In this document: positions 60,990 through 64,000 of the stretch, piece after piece
How the letters are laid out: every line of letters begins with the position of its first letter
How positions within the stretch are numbered: position 1 is the stretch's first letter
NCBI RefSeq assembly: GCF_006345805.1
Contig: NC_043010.1
Coordinates: 54,436,001 to 54,500,000, forward strand
Source of the DNA: Octopus sinensis
Lineage: Eukaryota
Direction: 5' to 3'
Length of the DNA stretch: 64,000 nt
The notes under the pieces: generated by a model
What the model saw: only the letters and a program-made list of their open reading frames with translations
What the model was told of the DNA's origin: nothing
Database searches by the model: none
Program-made: the position numbers and the translations under genes

Positions 60990-61275
60990 TTTATCATCAT
61001 CATCAGCAGCAGCATCATCATCATGATCATCATCGTCATCGTCATCGTCGTCGTCGTCGTCGTCGTCATCATCATCATCATCATCATTCTCATTATGATT
61101 AGCATATTATTATTGTCATCACGTGATGGTTTGATGGAAAGTGTCAGCTGTCCAGAGCCAGCAGACTGAGGTGGCATTTGTTTACTGGACATGCTTCAAG
61201 TATCATGCGAAGAATTCTTGCAGTTCCAAGCAATACTGTATTATTAGTATTATATTATTATTATTTATTATTATA

Positions 61276-61306
<31 letters not shown>

Positions 61307-61362
61307 TATTATATTATTATTATTATTATTATTATTTTATTATTATTATTATTATTATTATT
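60990..61362. repeat. (CAT/CGT)n tract and (TTA)n tract
   Basis: Tracts at 60990-61110 and 61240-61362. Confidence 0.92.
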
Positions 61363-62074
61363 TATGTTTGACTTTTGCTTTATATTTGTACAAGTTGGCT
61401 CCAAGTCTCACCCAGAGACCTCAAGAGACAACAGGTTGGAAGTTGACGTTGTTGTTATGCCTATTGTGCCATATATTTGGTTGGTTTTTTTTTTGGTGTT
61501 ATACTAGTGGATGTCTAAAAAAAAATGTTTGTTTTAAACCTTGAGATTACATAGAAAGTAGTTTGCGTAGGATATGAGCAGTTCCCATGAGCACTATCTT
61601 TTGAATTTCTGCCATTTTTGGGGTTTCCTGGTATCTGAGTTAGGTAGCAATCGGCCCCTTTTGCTATCATTCCCAGGGCACCTATGACAACAGGTATTGT
61701 TTTAGTCTTCAGGTTCCACATTTTGCTGATTTCTATTTCAAAATCTTTATATTTGCTCAGTTTTTGGTAGGTCTTGACAGATACGTTTATATCGATTGGG
61801 ACAGTCATATGTTCTTTGCCTGAAGTCTTTCAATATGATGTCTGGCATATTTGCATCTATCTTTCTGTCAGTTTGAATGGGGAAGTTCCCGAGGAGTGAG
61901 AGGTGGTCATTTTCAAGCACTGGGGGTGGTTTGTGTTCCCACCAGTTTTTTTTCATGGAGAAAATCCAGGTTTTTGCAGATTACCCAGTGAATATATTGT
62001 GCAGCTCTATCATGCCTGTTGAGATACTCTGTAGGCACTAGAAGACTGCACTTTGAGACAACATGATCAATGGT
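61361..62074 (-). mobile_element. R4/Dong-like non-LTR retrotransposon 3' end (restriction-like endonuclease), decayed, inside (TAA)n
   Basis: Across frameshifts: TIDHVVSKC (end of CCHC knuckle)...RHDRAAQYIHW...NWWEHKP...IQTDRKIDANMPDII...MTVP...KLSKYKD...IPVVIGALG...ILRKLLSM* (stop 61547-61549), a PD..D..K RLE pattern; TAA/TTA repeats on both flanks. Confidence 0.88.
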
Positions 62075-62102
62075 TATTATAATAATAATAATAATAATAA
62101 TA

Positions 62103-62134
<32 letters not shown>

Positions 62135-62135
62135 C
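62075..62135. repeat. (AAT)n(TAT)n palindromic microsatellite junction
   Basis: About 8 AAT units followed by about 11 TAT/ATT units, which is self-complementary. Confidence 0.9.
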
Positions 62136-62719
62136 AATGCTGTTGCTGTTGTTACTGCCGTTATTTCTATTAGTAGCGACGGTGCAGAGGCGTTGAAGTG
62201 CTTTTAATATATTCTGCCTTCGAATGTCGCTCCGGTCAATTTAACCTTTACCTTTTCAATTCAATATAACTAGATGATATCGTGAAACACAGTGCGTTCA
62301 GAAATTGAAATTGCTGGATGGTCTCAGCTCCAATCCTCATTCTAAATGTGCTACTCTTGTGCAGATATGGAAAGCAATCACAAAGAGAGCTGCTGTTGAT
62401 AAAACTTTCCCTGAATGCAAGGTATACATCATCCGCAAATGGAAGTAGAAATGTTTAAAAAGCGACTTTAGAGAAACAAAATAATAACTCTTACTTGCAA
62501 ATGAACTTCAGTTTTATCTTTGGAATATAAATTTTAGAATATGCTTTATTTCATTAGAAAATATAAAAATCTAATTTGGTAGAGATAAAAACCAAATCTG
62601 TGAAGTATTCGAAGATGAAAAGAAATATAATACCATTAAGGTGTGTGAGTTTTCCAACAATGAAAGGCAATAGTTTTTACACAGTATCTCGAATCCGATA
62701 TATCTACGTATACACCACA

Positions 62720-62733
62720 TAGGTATATATATA

Positions 62734-62822
<89 letters not shown>

Positions 62823-62900
62823 CGTATGTATATACATATACATATAAATCTATGTCTATTATCTAATCTATCTATATATATATCATATACATATATATAT
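62720..62900. repeat. (TA)n-rich microsatellite
   Basis: Direct reading. Confidence 0.92.
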
Positions 62901-63464
62901 ATACATTTACATTTGTGTATGTATGTGCTTGTTTATTCTTGTATGTATGTTTAAATGTGGTTGCTTGAAAGAGATAGAGAGGGAATGAACGTAAGGAATT
63001 TAAAAAAAAAAACTAGAGTGAGCAAGCAAAAGAAGACACAACTGTGTTTCGCAACAGGTGTAGTGTGAAGCATAAATACGATTATAGACAAAAAATAACG
63101 TACATAGAGATGAGCTCAGCAGACAGCAATGCGGTGTAAAGCATATATTCTTTTAAGTGAATCGTATATCACGCATGCAGTTAAATCTACTGAATTTAAA
63201 GTAAGCTATAGAAAGAATATCTTCTTTTATGTAAGAAACTTTTAAAACGATATTGTTTACGTTTATCACATACTACTGCGGCAGAGGGAATATCTGAAAC
63301 AAAGAAACGAATATACTGATATTCCCTAGTGAGATGATAGCTAAGCAAAAAAATAAATATCTGGCGAATAGAGACACACATGAATTGCTGTATCGACTAA
63401 TGCATTGGATGCTGTTATATATCGCTGGATACGATGTACTTACTCGTTTTTCTTTATCTTTCCA

Positions 63465-63650
63465 GTGATTCCAGCCTCTGGTTTCGTAGACGGAAATCGA
63501 GTCCATCGCAGAATCACCTGTTTTCAGTTGCATGTACTGACACAATGTGAAGTATTTTACTTAGGAACACAAGGCTCCGCTGTTGTGTGAATTGCAACCG
63601 CCATCCATCTCGCATTCGTGAGTGCAACACTCTAACTACAGAATTCTCAA
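63465..63650 (-). mobile_element. SINE D, old and degenerate
   Basis: Reverse complement GTGTTCCTAAGTAAAATACTTCAC...CTGCGATGGACT...GAAACCAGAGG. Confidence 0.55.
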
Positions 63651-63799
63651 ACATCATGACAGCCAAATTCATTGACCTCAAAATTTTCAACGATTTTGGA
63701 AACTTATCGAAACGTTTCGAAACATAAGCACGTATGAAAAAATAAAGTTCAACTCTGAGGTTTAATCTTAACAATTGCACGTCTGAAATATATACTGGT

Positions 63800-63945
63800 G
63801 CCTTATGGCCGTCCCCACTTTCATTCTTTCGGGGTCACTAAAACAATGTAGCAATTAAGCACTTCGATCTATGTTACAGACGAACCCTCTTCCTGTAAAA
63901 TTCTTTTGAATTGTGACAAGATTTAGAAAGAAGTATTATTGTTAC
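63800..63945 (+). mobile_element. SINE B2, old and degenerate
   Basis: CTTTCATTCTTTCGGGGTC...TTGTGACAAGATTTAGAAAGAAGTATT. Confidence 0.5.
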
Positions 63946-63960
63946 TACAGTTGTATATGA

Positions 63961-64000
63961 GATACTACTACTACTACTACTACTACTACTTACTACTACT
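63961..64000. repeat. (CTA)n microsatellite running to the window edge
   Basis: Direct reading. Confidence 0.9.

Noticed and set aside
62365-62421. 57-nt phase-0 candidate exon IWKAITKRAAVDKTFPECK
   Set aside because: Splice signals are only moderate, with no homology or partner exon; expected by chance in 64 kb.
63273-63590. Apparent exon signals (plus-strand pyrimidine tract with CAG; minus-strand GTAAGT donor)
   Set aside because: The region is a degenerate SINE D on the minus strand, and the plus frames close quickly.

Overview
AT-rich, repeat-saturated animal genomic DNA. The SINE families and (TA)n/(TG)n/(GATA)n density point to an octopus genome; this is inferred from my recollection of the repeat families, not from a search. 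I found no confidently supported host gene, so the window is probably intergenic or intronic, and nearly all ORFs in the supplied track are microsatellite artefacts. Recognisable content: (1) four tRNA-derived SINE families, here called A-D, in more than 30 full or partial copies; (2) non-LTR retrotransposon remnants: two CR1-like LINEs, one RTE-type RT ORF, one R4/Dong-like restriction-endonuclease LINE inside (TAA)n, and Penelope-like GIY-YIG remnants; (3) a mariner 3' end with its TIR; (4) several long palindromes and hairpins. Best observation: four type-I hammerhead ribozyme folds in four unrelated sequence contexts (18.2, 23.9, 48.5, 55.4 kb). All have a 2-bp stem III on a self-complementary strand, suggesting dimer-dependent cleavage. 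Two carry an unusually long (55-59 nt) stem II, and one lies about 200 nt downstream of a Penelope GIY-YIG ORF. Also notable: SINE A shares its 3' tail with the CR1-like LINE at 32.5 kb (probable partner LINE), and a SINE B trimer bounded by a 17-bp target-site duplication suggests multimers insert as one unit. All structures were folded and aligned by eye, and coordinates of degenerate repeats are approximate.
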